A DNA stretch of 63,498 bases, the filler included, from Asterionella formosa (Eukaryota), in NCBI GenBank assembly GCA_002256025.1. It is 18 parts of 18 records of this genome, joined end to end, with 100 filler letters (N's around TTAATTAATTAA, not from the genome) between each part and the next. Parts side by side here need not be neighbours in the genome. Positions count along the whole stretch, not along the records: positions 48,520 to 49,794 come from NKIB01003277.1; positions 49,895 to 51,168 come from NKIB01003278.1; positions 51,269 to 52,541 come from NKIB01003279.1; positions 52,642 to 53,913 come from NKIB01003280.1; positions 54,014 to 55,285 come from NKIB01003281.1; positions 55,386 to 56,657 come from NKIB01003282.1; positions 56,758 to 58,028 come from NKIB01003284.1; positions 58,129 to 59,399 come from NKIB01003285.1; 10 more parts are not named here. The stretch is one strand, 5' to 3'. Shown here piece after piece: positions 49,236 through 60,758 of this stretch; the first letter of the stretch is position 1; every line of letters starts with the position of its first letter. The translations under genes were made by a program, and so were the position numbers. The notes beneath the pieces are model-generated. The model searched no databases. It saw nothing but the letters and a program-made list of their open reading frames with translations, and was not told the DNA's origin.

Positions 49236-52200
49236 TCCTTGTTATAGCTGTATTTATGCCAGCATGTGTATTGTGTTAACACTACGCTGGCGGAACATGC
49301 ATATTACACTGCTGTGCTCTGTTCAACAATTACTACACTCGGTTACCATCACACCAGCTGCACCTCCACAAGCGCCGCAAAAAGCTCCGAGTTTCCCTTC
49401 CACTGTTTTACATCATAGTCTTCTGGCCCTTTGACAACTTTCCAAATGGCATTTCATGGAATTCATGCAAAGGATCAGTCAAACAAGAAACCTGACTTAC
49501 TTCCATTGTTTACACTACACGATTTAATGTTTTCGGAAAAGAAGATGAAGAAACTTATGAAATCAATCGAAGATTCCTTTGAATACACTCAAATAACAAA
49601 TGAATTTGAACAGATTCATAATACACAAGAAAAAATAATGAAGCAATTATGCCGATACAATAGTGGCAGAGATTGAAAAGAAGGAAAGATTGCTTTCGAA
49701 GAGCCAAGGAAACCCAAACAGTTGTTCTTCGTGGTTGAAGACTCTATTCATAAAGAGTCACAGTTCAAATGTCATCATCTCAACAATACCAGACNNNNNN
49801 NNNNNNNNNNNNNNNNNNNNNNNNNNNNNNNNNNNNNNTTAATTAATTAANNNNNNNNNNNNNNNNNNNNNNNNNNNNNNNNNNNNNNNNNNNNCCACTC
49901 CTGCTGACAAAATGTTGGTACAAAAGCCTCCCAACAAAGTGAAAGTAAAGTGAGAAGACTTGCTTCCTTTTCAGTTCTTGGAATTTCTTCAGGAAATAAA
50001 TGCACCTGCTCTCCATACTTTTGAGCAGGGTAAAAACTATGACGATGAATTGTGTGGAATGAACATGTGGATCACGAATTGAGGTCGGTAAATTATGGCT
50101 GGTGCACGAAGACTAAAGTTTGGGTAGCCAAAGTAGAGCTGGTATTTTATTAGCTTTCGGTTTGATGCAGATTCTATCATGTCATTACACTTGCTTTATT
50201 CCCTCTGACAATGTTGATGATTATCTCCAGATTGACTGACCATTGTGACTATCATGCAAAAGCCAAAGAGACATCAGTAAACACCATGGCAAACAATACA
50301 CCCATCCGTTTTTATTGTCTTGGACTGCTGAAATGACGCTACTTTTGTTTTGCTATGATAATAAATGGAGATTTCCAGCTGATCCTGTTCTTCGGACTCT
50401 CTGCTGTTCTTCTATCTGGAAGAATATATTGGCCGCATCAGCTGTTCCAAGATCCACCAAGATTTCCAATGTAGTCCAGATAGTTGTTGTTGGTTCATGA
50501 TTCAAATCAAGGCATACCACCAGGAGATTCTTGCCTCCATTGAATGATGGATTGAATTCATTATTAGCGAGCATGCCAAAGACAAAGACCAGCAGCTGAT
50601 CTGGAACATTATCGGCTTGGAAGAAAAAGCTCCACCACTGTGGAATATTCTCAGTTTGGCATGCTTCTAGCATGCACTATTGCTTGAGTTCGCCAACATC
50701 GTCAAGGGATGCATGCAGAAGCGGCAGAACGTCATTCCAAATTTCAAAAATAACCAAAATTGTCTGTGAAAAAGAGGATCAGCAGTCATCAAGGGTTGCA
50801 ATTTTATAATCGATTGAAGGAGCCTGGAAACGCAATATGTAAACAATGGACTTATACTTGTTTCAACCAGCCAGCATATGCGGAGCGAGGTGGGCTTACA
50901 ATTTGCAAATAAAAAGTATTGTACTTATAAAATCAGGGAATCATATGATAACTGGCACAAAAAAATTCTCTGCATGATACATATTTTGTTATATGTATGA
51001 TAAATTCATACTATGAAAGTTGACAGGTGCGCTAATTTTACTCATAATAATCAAAACACCCTATAATAATAAAACACTATCCTATGATGTACATTCTTTC
51101 ATCATTTATCTATCCTTCCATAATGGTAACTCTAGGTTGAAATGGATGGTAACTCTAATCGAAACAGCNNNNNNNNNNNNNNNNNNNNNNNNNNNNNNNN
51201 NNNNNNNNNNNNTTAATTAATTAANNNNNNNNNNNNNNNNNNNNNNNNNNNNNNNNNNNNNNNNNNNNCCGCCAGCGTGGTCGGTTTCAGTTAACGGAGG
51301 AGTTGGCGACATTTTCTTTCGGTGGAAGCGAAAATCACTGTTTTCTATTTCTTGCTTTACTTTAAGAATCTCAAAATGAATTCAATCAACGATTGATGTT
51401 ACTACAAACTAAGAGAGGCAGAGAAAGTGATTCGATCTCGCGAAAAGCAACTCAATTGACAAAGCAAATAGCGAAACAGAATAAAGCAACTTCAAATATT
51501 TTGAAACGAAATACTGATGAATGGATACATAAATGTCTACCGGCAATCATTTTCTGTCTTCTTTGTGTCTATGTTACCGGTATACGTATTCACAAGCATA
51601 CATATGTATCATCCTCCACATGCCGCATGGATATACCAGTAATAAATACAGAACCCGTTAATTATTAGTTGACGTTATACACAGTCGTCGTAGGTTCGCA
51701 TAACTATTAATTCCAAGCAATGCTGCATTCAATCTACCGTATTTACACATGATGATACCACCAGGTATCATGCTATTTACCGGTAGCCCATGGTACCCTG
51801 GTACCGGTAGTATATTACTTCATGCATGAACACCTCCATTTTACATTTATTTGTATATAGCTAATTTACTATCTGTTGACAAACAAACTCAACGGTACCT
51901 GGTAGCCTTCCTGTTGTATCAGTACCTGGTACCCTGGTACCGGTATCACTGGTGGATAAATGAATGAAAATCATCAATCATGCTGTGCTGCACCTGATAC
52001 TTGAAAATTTAAATATCAAGGATTCTCGACCTATCTATACAGGATGATTACCGGTAGATGTTCGCCGGCATAACGGTAGCGTTACACGATATGAGCTGTA
52101 TGCGGCATTTAAATCGGCTCCATGGTCTACAGTACTTCGAACACATTAACGGATGTGTTTTATGTGCTTGCTTAACGGATGGTCTGCCTGGCATAGAGCG

Positions 52201-53435
52201 AGGTACCGGTACCAGGTAGTAGCTCAGTTGGAGGCAGATCTTTCATTTTGTTTCCGCCTAGGCGGGGGAGCATTTGTAGTGACAGGTTCATAGGGTACCA
52301 GATTCCTGGCACTCCTAAAATGAACATTCGTTCCGGCATGTGTATGTATCATGAGAAGGAAAGTAGCATAGCATAGGTTACATAAATGTATGATGTGCCA
52401 AACAGTTTACGTACTGCCTCTCCACTTACATGACCCAAGCTAGCCTTAAATGATTTCGATGAAGCAACAACACAACCTTAAATAGCTAGGTTACTAGGCC
52501 TATTAGGGTCGGTCATCAAGAGCAAATATAACTTGCGATATNNNNNNNNNNNNNNNNNNNNNNNNNNNNNNNNNNNNNNNNNNNNTTAATTAATTAANNN
52601 NNNNNNNNNNNNNNNNNNNNNNNNNNNNNNNNNNNNNNNNNATAGAACGGTGATTGGAATGGGCTTGCTGGCTGTCAAAGCGAAAATCAAGGAGACTTTG
52701 AACAGCAACACGAGGACGCGAGGTAAAATCATCATCAAATTTGCTGTGTTCCAGGTTTAGTAGACTATGCTAGTAGAGTCAGAATATCACTTGATGGTGT
52801 AGTGACATGAAGAAAGATTCAGTCTAAAAATGGAAGGTAGTAGACTCAGGTAGGAAAAGGTTGATGAATAGAGAGCTCAGAAATAACAGATTGTAGAAGG
52901 ATCCAAGGTTGTGTAGAACTTAAGTAACAAACTGTGTAGGAAGGTCAAGAAGGGTGGATCTTGTAGGGATCCAAGGTGGTAGAGTAGCAAGCTACCTTTG
53001 GTAGTAGATTGTGTAGGAATCAAGTGGCAAGCAGTATTGAATATAGGGGAGTGCTTAAGGTTGAAAGAAAGGAATGAATGAATGAATGTAAATTTGGTTG
53101 ACAAAACTGATGTTTTCAATTAAATGAGCATTATTCTAACTAGCTGGCAAAATGAGGAAGGTGAGGAAATGGCAGAAGCAACTAATGAAGTGCTGGCACC
53201 ATAGCCTGAGTATTGAATCTACAGACTCCTAAGGGAAAGGTACTAGAGAAATGCCAGTAGCAAGATCAGAGGTGGTGCTGGCAGTAGACTGTGTATGAAT
53301 GTACAGCCTGGTACCATAGACCTGCCTGCTTACTACCAGCAGCATTGTGTTGTCATACCAGTACTATGCATAAAACTTGGTACCAGGTACACAGTCTGGT
53401 AGCATCACTAAATTCCTGCCAGAAGTATCATGGTA

Positions 53436-53720
53436 CCACCTAAAATCTGAGAGTCATACAAACTTTCAGTTTTGTACTGATAGTCATAACAAAATGGGGT
53501 AATCACACGGTTTGAGACGAAAATTTGTAATATTATAAATCTGTATTTTCCTGTGCATATAAGGAACAGCATTGTTCGTACTTGAACACTGCAATCTCGT
53601 ACCAGTTCTTTAGTTATAGTAGCCCAAAATTGGCTGTCGACGGTTTTTGGTCCAAATCAGTTTTACCCCATTGAGCCTGCATGACTTTTTCAACACATAG
53701 GAGAAGCTGAAGCTATATAA
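53436..53720 (+). mobile_element. End fragment of the TA|CCACCTAAAA MITE family
   Basis: TA|CCACCTAAAATCTGAGAGTCA matches the reverse complement of 4151-4173. GCTGTCGACG at about 53633 matches the family motif. Confidence 0.65.
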
Positions 53721-54013
53721 ATAATTAGCTTGTTTCAAGACTTTTCCGCATCATTACTATGGCATGTTTGCGCCATAATAACTTGTTTATTTAGAGTTGT
53801 TTAAGTGCTGGTGCGCCAATCAATAAATATTATAACCTAGTGGTACCTGGTACTGGCATGATAGACTACTAGTAGACCAGCACTGCTGAAATTAAGATCC
53901 TTGTGCGAAGGTTNNNNNNNNNNNNNNNNNNNNNNNNNNNNNNNNNNNNNNNNNNNNTTAATTAATTAANNNNNNNNNNNNNNNNNNNNNNNNNNNNNNN
54001 NNNNNNNNNNNNN

Positions 54014-55285
54014 ACATGTCAGACCGGGAAATTTCTTCGCCATTTGGAGACATTGATCTTGACAACAAAAGACAACGCAAGCATTCCACGATTCTTAACC
54101 CAACCGTCGGGGAAGATAATTGAGTTGATTCTACAACTGATGGCAACAGGTACGCCACAGCCAAGGCTGATACAACCTTTAATTCTCGGGTTGTGCCCTT
54201 GGTTCGAAATAAAGTTAGTAAAGAATGCATTCCGCCAGATGATCGAATCTCGTTCCGTAGCCTTATTGACTCCATGTCACCAGTTCTTTCTGCTTCTCGT
54301 GCAAACGTCATCAAGGCAATTGCCGAATCTAGTCGTTTGTCACTTTGCGCACGGAGCATACAAATTAAACTAAAAACATCCTTCTTTCGGACAAGAGCTT
54401 CAATATCGAGGCTCCTCGTCGTTTGCCTCCTGACCAGAGGTGTCATTTGAATTTTCACAGGGGCACTTCTGTCTATTTTGAGAAAAGAAGGCGTGGACGA
54501 ACCGAAAGAAGTGGACGAAGAGCCATACAACGTGGGAGTCGAAGCAATCTCATGCGCACCGTATAAGTTGGAGTTCGAGGAAACGTCATGCACATAGGAT
54601 GATGCACCATATGAATCGGAAGCGCCAGTCGCAGACAGTTTCGAGCTTTCTCCCATTATTTCTCTGCTGCTTTCATCTTCATTTTCAAGAGTTCTTTCTG
54701 CAGTTCCTATAGCGTCTAATACAATATCATTCAAGGTAAACAACTCTTCCAAATCAACAATACTCGAATCATACTTCATGGCATCTTCTAAAGCACTTTT
54801 CACTGTATCTTGCATAGATCGGCAAAGCTCCAACACATTTTTGACTAGCGACACGTCGGCTTTCTTTTGACAACAAGTTCTCAATTCGCGAGCACACGAT
54901 TTGGCGTCTTCTATGTCTCGTTGTGTCATGAGAACCACTTTGTTTTTGTTCTCCTTCTTCGTTTGCGAACTCTGTTTAAGGGCAGCATTTAATTGGTCGT
55001 CCTCCTCTCTCGAGCTTGATGGAGCGTAGCCTGTTGACGTCACTAATTCATTAGGTGTAGTGATCATGAGGCGTCCAGACCTTGATGGAGAGTAGCTGCT
55101 TGATGAAGTCAATAATAAAACAGGTGTACTGGCGACGACTCCAAAAGTCGACGGTACCGTTGAATCAGATGATGACCTCAGTTGAGACCGTGGAAGCCTG
55201 GGTGATATGGATCTTGGCTGTGGAAAGCGCGAAGTATTGCGTAGCGGGGTGTCGATAGGAACAACATATGCCTCAGGAGCAATGT
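54014..55285 (-). CDS. Internal fragment of a protein with a UIM-like motif, a GAT-like helical domain and armadillo-like repeats
   Basis: The frame is open across the contig. It contains EEDDQLNAALKQS, ...LELCRSMQDTVKSAL...LEELFTLNDIVLDAI and EIRSSGGMHSLLTLF. Confidence 0.65.
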
Positions 55286-55385
55286 NNNNNNNNNNNNNNN
55301 NNNNNNNNNNNNNNNNNNNNNNNNNNNNNTTAATTAATTAANNNNNNNNNNNNNNNNNNNNNNNNNNNNNNNNNNNNNNNNNNNN

Positions 55386-56567
55386 GAGAAGTAGGATTAG
55401 AAGGAACCTCAATCGGATCAATCATGTAGATATGCATTGTCTTTAGAACGAGTGGCCCTGCCTGATCCTTATCCAAGCGCTTGAAATGAACGTTGAGCTT
55501 CTCCTTTATAAGCAATATTAAGGACGAGGCTTCCTCCTGGTCATAATCTTGATTCCGCTCCTTCTTAAAGTCATCAAATTGAAGTTTGAGCCTTTCGTCT
55601 ATAACCTTTATTAAGGAGGCTTCCTTCTGCTCATCATTTTGTTTCTGGCGTTTCGTCGTTCCTTGGTCTTTTCAACAGTAGCGAGTATTTGTATGGGATA
55701 AATGATACAAAATGATACGTGAGTATTAGGAGCTGTGACCTACAATACAATAGAAGGTATTCCATGAGATCAAAACACGTACCAATATCAGGTGCAACAA
55801 TCACGAACGCATTCTTGCTGCTAGGTCCCCAATTCAAATGAACAACCAGACCTCCAGGATCCAAAGTTGGATCATCAGCTCCCTCAGGAACCGGCACTTG
55901 AGTTCCAGGTGGGTACACACGGAGCTGCGCTGAGGAAGCACCTTGAAGATTGTCACCACATTCAATCTTCACAGCTTTCATCAAGTCAGCAATGACATCA
56001 TTCTTCTTCAACGTGACATAAACTGGCAATAGTCCTGCGTTTCCACGGAACAACTGGAACCAAACCTTCATTGTTGTCGACATGATGGTTGTGGGTACCA
56101 TTAAGGAGACTTCCTCCTGCTCATCATTTTGTTTCTGGCGTTTCGTCGTTCCTTGGTCTTTTCAACAGTAGCGAGTATTTGTATGGGATAAATGATACGA
56201 AGTGATACGTGAGTATTAGGAGCTGTGACCTACAATACAATAGAAGGTATTCCATGAGATCAAAACACGTACCAATATCAGGTTGGATGACCACGATCAC
56301 AAACGCAGTGTCGTCGCTAGTTCCCCAATTCAGATGAACAACCGGACCTCCAGATCTCAGGGTTGGATCATCAGCTCCCTCAGAGACCGGCACTTGAGTT
56401 CCAGGTGGGTTCACACGGAGCTGCGCTGAATCTATGGCACTCAGACTATTTTCATATTTAATCTTCACAGCTTCCATCAAGTCAGCAATGTCATCATTCT
56501 GATTCAACGTGACATAAACTGGCAATAGTCCTGCGTTTCCAAGAAACAACTGGAACCAAACCTTCAT
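55386..56567 (-). CDS. Crinkler/CR-like protein, 5' part with two tandem ubiquitin-like header domains; exons 56567-56273, 56157-55783 and 55667->55386
   Basis: MKVWFQL...DIADLMEAVK...L..IDSAQLRV.PPGT...L..G..V...G.S...AFVIV occurs twice. Two near-identical 115-nt phase-1 GTACGT...AAG introns give one continuous frame to the contig end. Confidence 0.7.
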
Positions 56568-56594
56568 TGTTTTCTAACTGATGGTGGTGGGTAC
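55615..56594. repeat. Tandem duplication of about 490 bp (5' UTR, exon, intron and part of the next exon)
   Basis: The intron donors are at 56272 and 55782. The introns are nearly identical while the exons are more diverged. Confidence 0.93.
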
Positions 56595-56757
56595 CTGGTT
56601 GGGAGTACAAGACAATGAAAGTGAGAGGAGAGGAGAAGAGAAGAGGAGAACCTTCTGNNNNNNNNNNNNNNNNNNNNNNNNNNNNNNNNNNNNNNNNNNN
56701 NTTAATTAATTAANNNNNNNNNNNNNNNNNNNNNNNNNNNNNNNNNNNNNNNNNNNN

Positions 56758-57025
56758 AGGTGTCACTTCCACGAGCCTGTTCTTCGTTCTCGATGGTCGG
56801 GGGAGATACGAGAACAGTACGTACACAGTCATTTGACCAGCCGGAAGAACCCATCGTGAAGCGAAGAGGAGCAAAAGCATCCTTGTTCTCCAACACAAAA
56901 CTTGCCCGATATGAAGGTTGACATTTCATCATGGGCCTTTTAGATTTTTTTGTTGCCCTTGGTTGAGATGGAAAGACCTTCAACTGCCCTTGCCGGTCGC
57001 GATGCAAAGAGATTCGACGATTCAT
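56758..57025 (-). CDS. Possible N-terminus of an unknown protein, cut by the contig end
   Basis: ATG-initiated frame open to the contig edge, with coding-like GC content and no recognisable motif. Confidence 0.3.
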
Positions 57026-58128
57026 GTCTTAGTAGGTTCGCTTCTCTTAAGATCAACCCTGGTGGGTAATAGCACTTTATCGCAGCAGTCACACGACAAA
57101 ACGAAAGGAGATCTTGTGTGTTCACAAAACAGCAGGAATAAGAAATAAAATTGAATGAAACCGGTAGTAGGTACCCGGTCAAAAACTATCATTAGTTTAT
57201 ATCTGCTGGTGTGCATCACGGAACATCATGGTGTATCAAAGGGAGCTTGATCAATGTCGAGAGCATCAAGCCCGGTACATAGGCGTAGTAGAGTGACTGC
57301 TTTCCTTGCGCGCCATCGAACACACCACCAAAAGGCAGCAAGCAGCAAGGAGGTGGTTTAAATTCCATCCCCGTCCAAACCGTCGACCGAATGTTGCACA
57401 ATTGTTCCTCAGTTCCCGTTTGCGATCGTCGGTTCGTATTCGTTGTTGGCGGGAATAGCCTCCATGTATAAAAGTAGGTTGGACCTGCTCGACATGTGCT
57501 TTGCTGCCGCGGTTAATTTCCTTGTGGTGTACTTATCGCTCAGGAATTCTCCAGGAAGGAAGTGCCTGGTACCTGGTACCAGGTACCTGGTACGGTACAT
57601 CACATCATGTCGTACCCATAAGTAGGGAAATTAAAATTATTGACACGATTTGTTATGTATCACGGGTACACCTTAGAGGTTACATACCACCGTTTGCCAA
57701 CGATTTTGAGGTAGATGGTCATTCAACTACCGGAATGCTCCAGATAAAGCCATCCATGACAATGGTTCTGCAAATTATAGAAATAATCTTACTATGCATA
57801 ACGTGAAGAATAATGCAACCAGTACCAGGACTGTAGTGCTGGTTATAGCTGTAAAAAGTTCTATACAATGAGTATATATATGTGCACATCCATTGGTGAG
57901 TAGAAACTCGGCTTGGGTTGGGAGTCCTTCTGCGTTGTGTGTACCTGAAGAAGGTGATGAATAACAATTCGTAAATTGCAAGGGATGGGAGTTCAATGTA
58001 GGGAAGGATGGTTGGCTCATTCCGGAGCNNNNNNNNNNNNNNNNNNNNNNNNNNNNNNNNNNNNNNNNNNNNTTAATTAATTAANNNNNNNNNNNNNNNN
58101 NNNNNNNNNNNNNNNNNNNNNNNNNNNN

Positions 58129-58441
58129 CGTCCGGTTATTTGCAAATGGCTGTACTTGATTAAAAACAAATAACCATTTTGTTAGTAACTATTTATGAGT
58201 AAATAAAAATTCTTACTTCCATCTTTCCCCATAGGAATCAAGCAAAAACGAAAGTGGTCCTGACGAGGAATACTGTGTTGTCGATCCGGAAAGTGGGGAA
58301 CTCATTCGTCTCACAGTAGCCGAAAAGGAGCGTATCTTTCTGGACGCGCTTCAGTCCTACGATGCCACTGGAAGGCAAATGCTCAAGGATGACGAGTTTG
58401 ACCTATTGAAGGAAGATTTGCAATGGAAGAACGGATCTGAG
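58129..58441 (+). pseudogene. PGRL1: PGR5-like 1 (PGRL1) gene fragment, truncated by a repeat
   Basis: Not in the ORF track. SGYLQMA, then an intron at 58152-58234, then ESSKNESGPDEEYCVVDPESGELIRLTVAEKERIFLDALQSYDATGRQMLKDDEFDLLKEDLQWKNGS, matching the PGRL1 EKE..FL.AL..YY..G...DEEFD.LKE.L.W.GS block. Confidence 0.8.
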
Positions 58442-58464
58442 CATATATATATAGCTAAAACAAG

Positions 58465-59399
58465 GAAAGACGACACGACAATGAACGTGATGGCTGGTTG
58501 TTGAGGATACCGGTATGTGATATGCATCAATCCATCATGTCACAAATCATATTATAGTGATGTACATATCAATGCATCTGTATACTTAGATCCTATCCAC
58601 TGTATAATACTATCATATTAAGTGTTGACTTAAACTGTATACATCAAACGACAGACATATATATTAATTAACATACTTTATGATTGCTTCATTTATATTC
58701 TATGATGTCTTGGTAACATTTGCGTACATATTTTATCGTATTTTATTGTCATTGTACTATTTTTACATGATCATATTTCGATCAAAATTATATCATATAT
58801 ATTTCATAAAATCATCATAGTTTTAGGATCAATTGTATCATAGCTATGTGATGTGCTTTATTCAATATTACGTATCATACTTTGGTGATGTATGCATTGA
58901 TGTAACCCTATCATGATATCACAGTATCATCTTATCAATCATGATGAGATGATTGGGAAGCAACTGTATTCTGCATTGTGCTACAGGGTATTTTATTATA
59001 TCACGCAATTTAGTAGCGAAGTCACTCCGCCTGTAATGTACTTAAGTCGACAGTGCACATACCGGTACTCAAACGCTAATCAGGTTTGAGGCAACGGACA
59101 GTGGTTCCAACGAGCGAATGATGATACCAAGGGTACCAATTTTTCCAACGAAAGAACTTGTCTCTCTATTGATGAGGATGACACGGACACGGACACCGAC
59201 TTTTCCAGGAGCAAACAACAATGAAGAGACCCACTTCGTCTGCGTCGCTCTATTGATGGTAACAAAGATGCGGACAAGTTCAACAGTGAATACAAGAACA
59301 ACATACCATTGAAAACAAGTCGACAGTGTGTGCACGCACACGCCAAGCAAGTTTGAGGCAACGGACAATTCCAGCAAGCAAATGACAATACAGATATCA
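58465..59399 (-). repeat. Inverted homolog of 48520-49235, with an internal periodicity of about 270 bp at its right end
   Basis: GTTTGAGGCAACGGACA occurs at about 59084 and 59351, and AAGTCGACAGTG at about 59044 and 59316. Confidence 0.85.
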
Positions 59400-60107
59400 N
59401 NNNNNNNNNNNNNNNNNNNNNNNNNNNNNNNNNNNNNNNNNNNTTAATTAATTAANNNNNNNNNNNNNNNNNNNNNNNNNNNNNNNNNNNNNNNNNNNNC
59501 GTTGCACTACACGCTTTTGTGCAATGAATAGTCGCACAGCTGCGTTCGCTCGTCGTTTGGAATGCAAGTCAACAAAGACAATGAGGAATGAAAAGACAAG
59601 AGACTATTTAATAAGTTTATCAGCTCACAGTCCTACGCCGACTTCAGAAAGGAAGGAGTAGAACCAAACCAAATCGAGGTCTCGTGTGGGATTGAGCCTG
59701 CTGCTGTAAATACGGTCATGTAGCTACTACCTAATATAACATAATGATAGTAACAGTACCTGGTATGTACCAGTATTAGATATATTCATGTATATCTAGG
59801 ATATTCAATAGCGTATATCAGATTGCAATGATTTCACATTCTGGTGCATACTACCATTATAGTACCTGGTACTGGTACTATTGCTTCTCATTTTCCTCCA
59901 TTTTTTTATTCTGGAGGCGGTATGGTTATACATACACACCTGTACCAGGTACCGATAGTACGGTGGCGGAGCATCATCACCTCCCGCGACGATGATGAGT
60001 CTTGTGTGTGACTTCTTTCAATTGGGACCGAAGAAGTTTCTTGTCAAATTGCTTGCTCATCATGATGCCCCTCCAACGTAAACATATACATAATAAACAG
60101 TGGGTAC

Positions 60108-60758
60108 TGTTGGTACCATATACCGGTTACTCCGTATATCCTACCAAGATTCCTGTAAGTGCTTAATTCCCGTGAGTACTGGTCCCTCTACAGCTAGTTA
60201 AATACTACTTTAGAACCTCAGTTCCTTGTTAATGTAGCTGCCGCTGGCATCCGTTGCAAGCGTTTCTCCCTCTCAACACACACAGGTTACTGATCCCTTA
60301 CCAGACTTCCCTCCATCATGCGATCTCCATCGCCTCATGATGCCAATGACACTGATGCAGCTGCATTCAGTGGCGAATTGGCTGCATGGCAACAACACAA
60401 TGCTGGTGCATTATTTCCCCATCCCCATGGTGAACTTTTGGTGGCACCGCTTAACCCTAACCCTAAACCCTAACCAGAACCCTAACCAGAACCCTAACCC
60501 TACCTGCCATCACCAGTTCTCCACTAATGCTCAACTTCCGCATTTTGTCCCGCCCTCATCATCCGAGTTCGCTATGGACCCCCGCACGTCTGCGCCTCCT
60601 CTTCGCTATTCAGCCCCGTATTCCATGAGTCCCTACCCACCACCCCATATTTCACCCCGGGCTCTGCCTTCGGCTTCCCCGGCATCCTATCTACACCTTT
60701 CTGACCATGCCTCTGCCTGGTCTGCCCTTTCCGGCCCTTCCTCCCACTCCCACAGCTC
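60108..60758 (+). mobile_element. Probable 5' LTR (60108-60278) and start of a frameshifted Pro-rich gag-like ORF
   Basis: A 171-bp TGTTG...CAACA segment, then GGTTAC, and an ATG-initiated low-complexity ORF (MRSPSPHDAND...LNPNP). No second LTR is available to confirm it. Confidence 0.45.

Noticed and set aside
49895..51168. 106-aa minus-strand ORF 50353-50673
   Set aside because: It is bounded by stops within apparently decayed sequence and has no recognisable domain.
55634..56567. Two separate 147-155 aa genes with hydrophobic C-termini, as listed in the ORF track
   Set aside because: The shared tail GTCFDLMEYLLL... is translated intron (GTACGT donor). Splicing gives one continuous gene.
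57563..57600. CCWGG/GGTACC clusters as evidence of a bacterial Dcm or KpnI restriction-modification system
   Set aside because: There is no methyltransferase or nuclease gene here and the DNA is eukaryotic. The motif is kept only as a footprint or unknown-motif finding.
60451..60502. Telomere-like (TAACCC)n tract
   Set aside because: It is short, interrupted (AACCAG units) and internal to a contig. It reads as an Asn-Pro/Asn-Gln coding repeat in a gag-like ORF.
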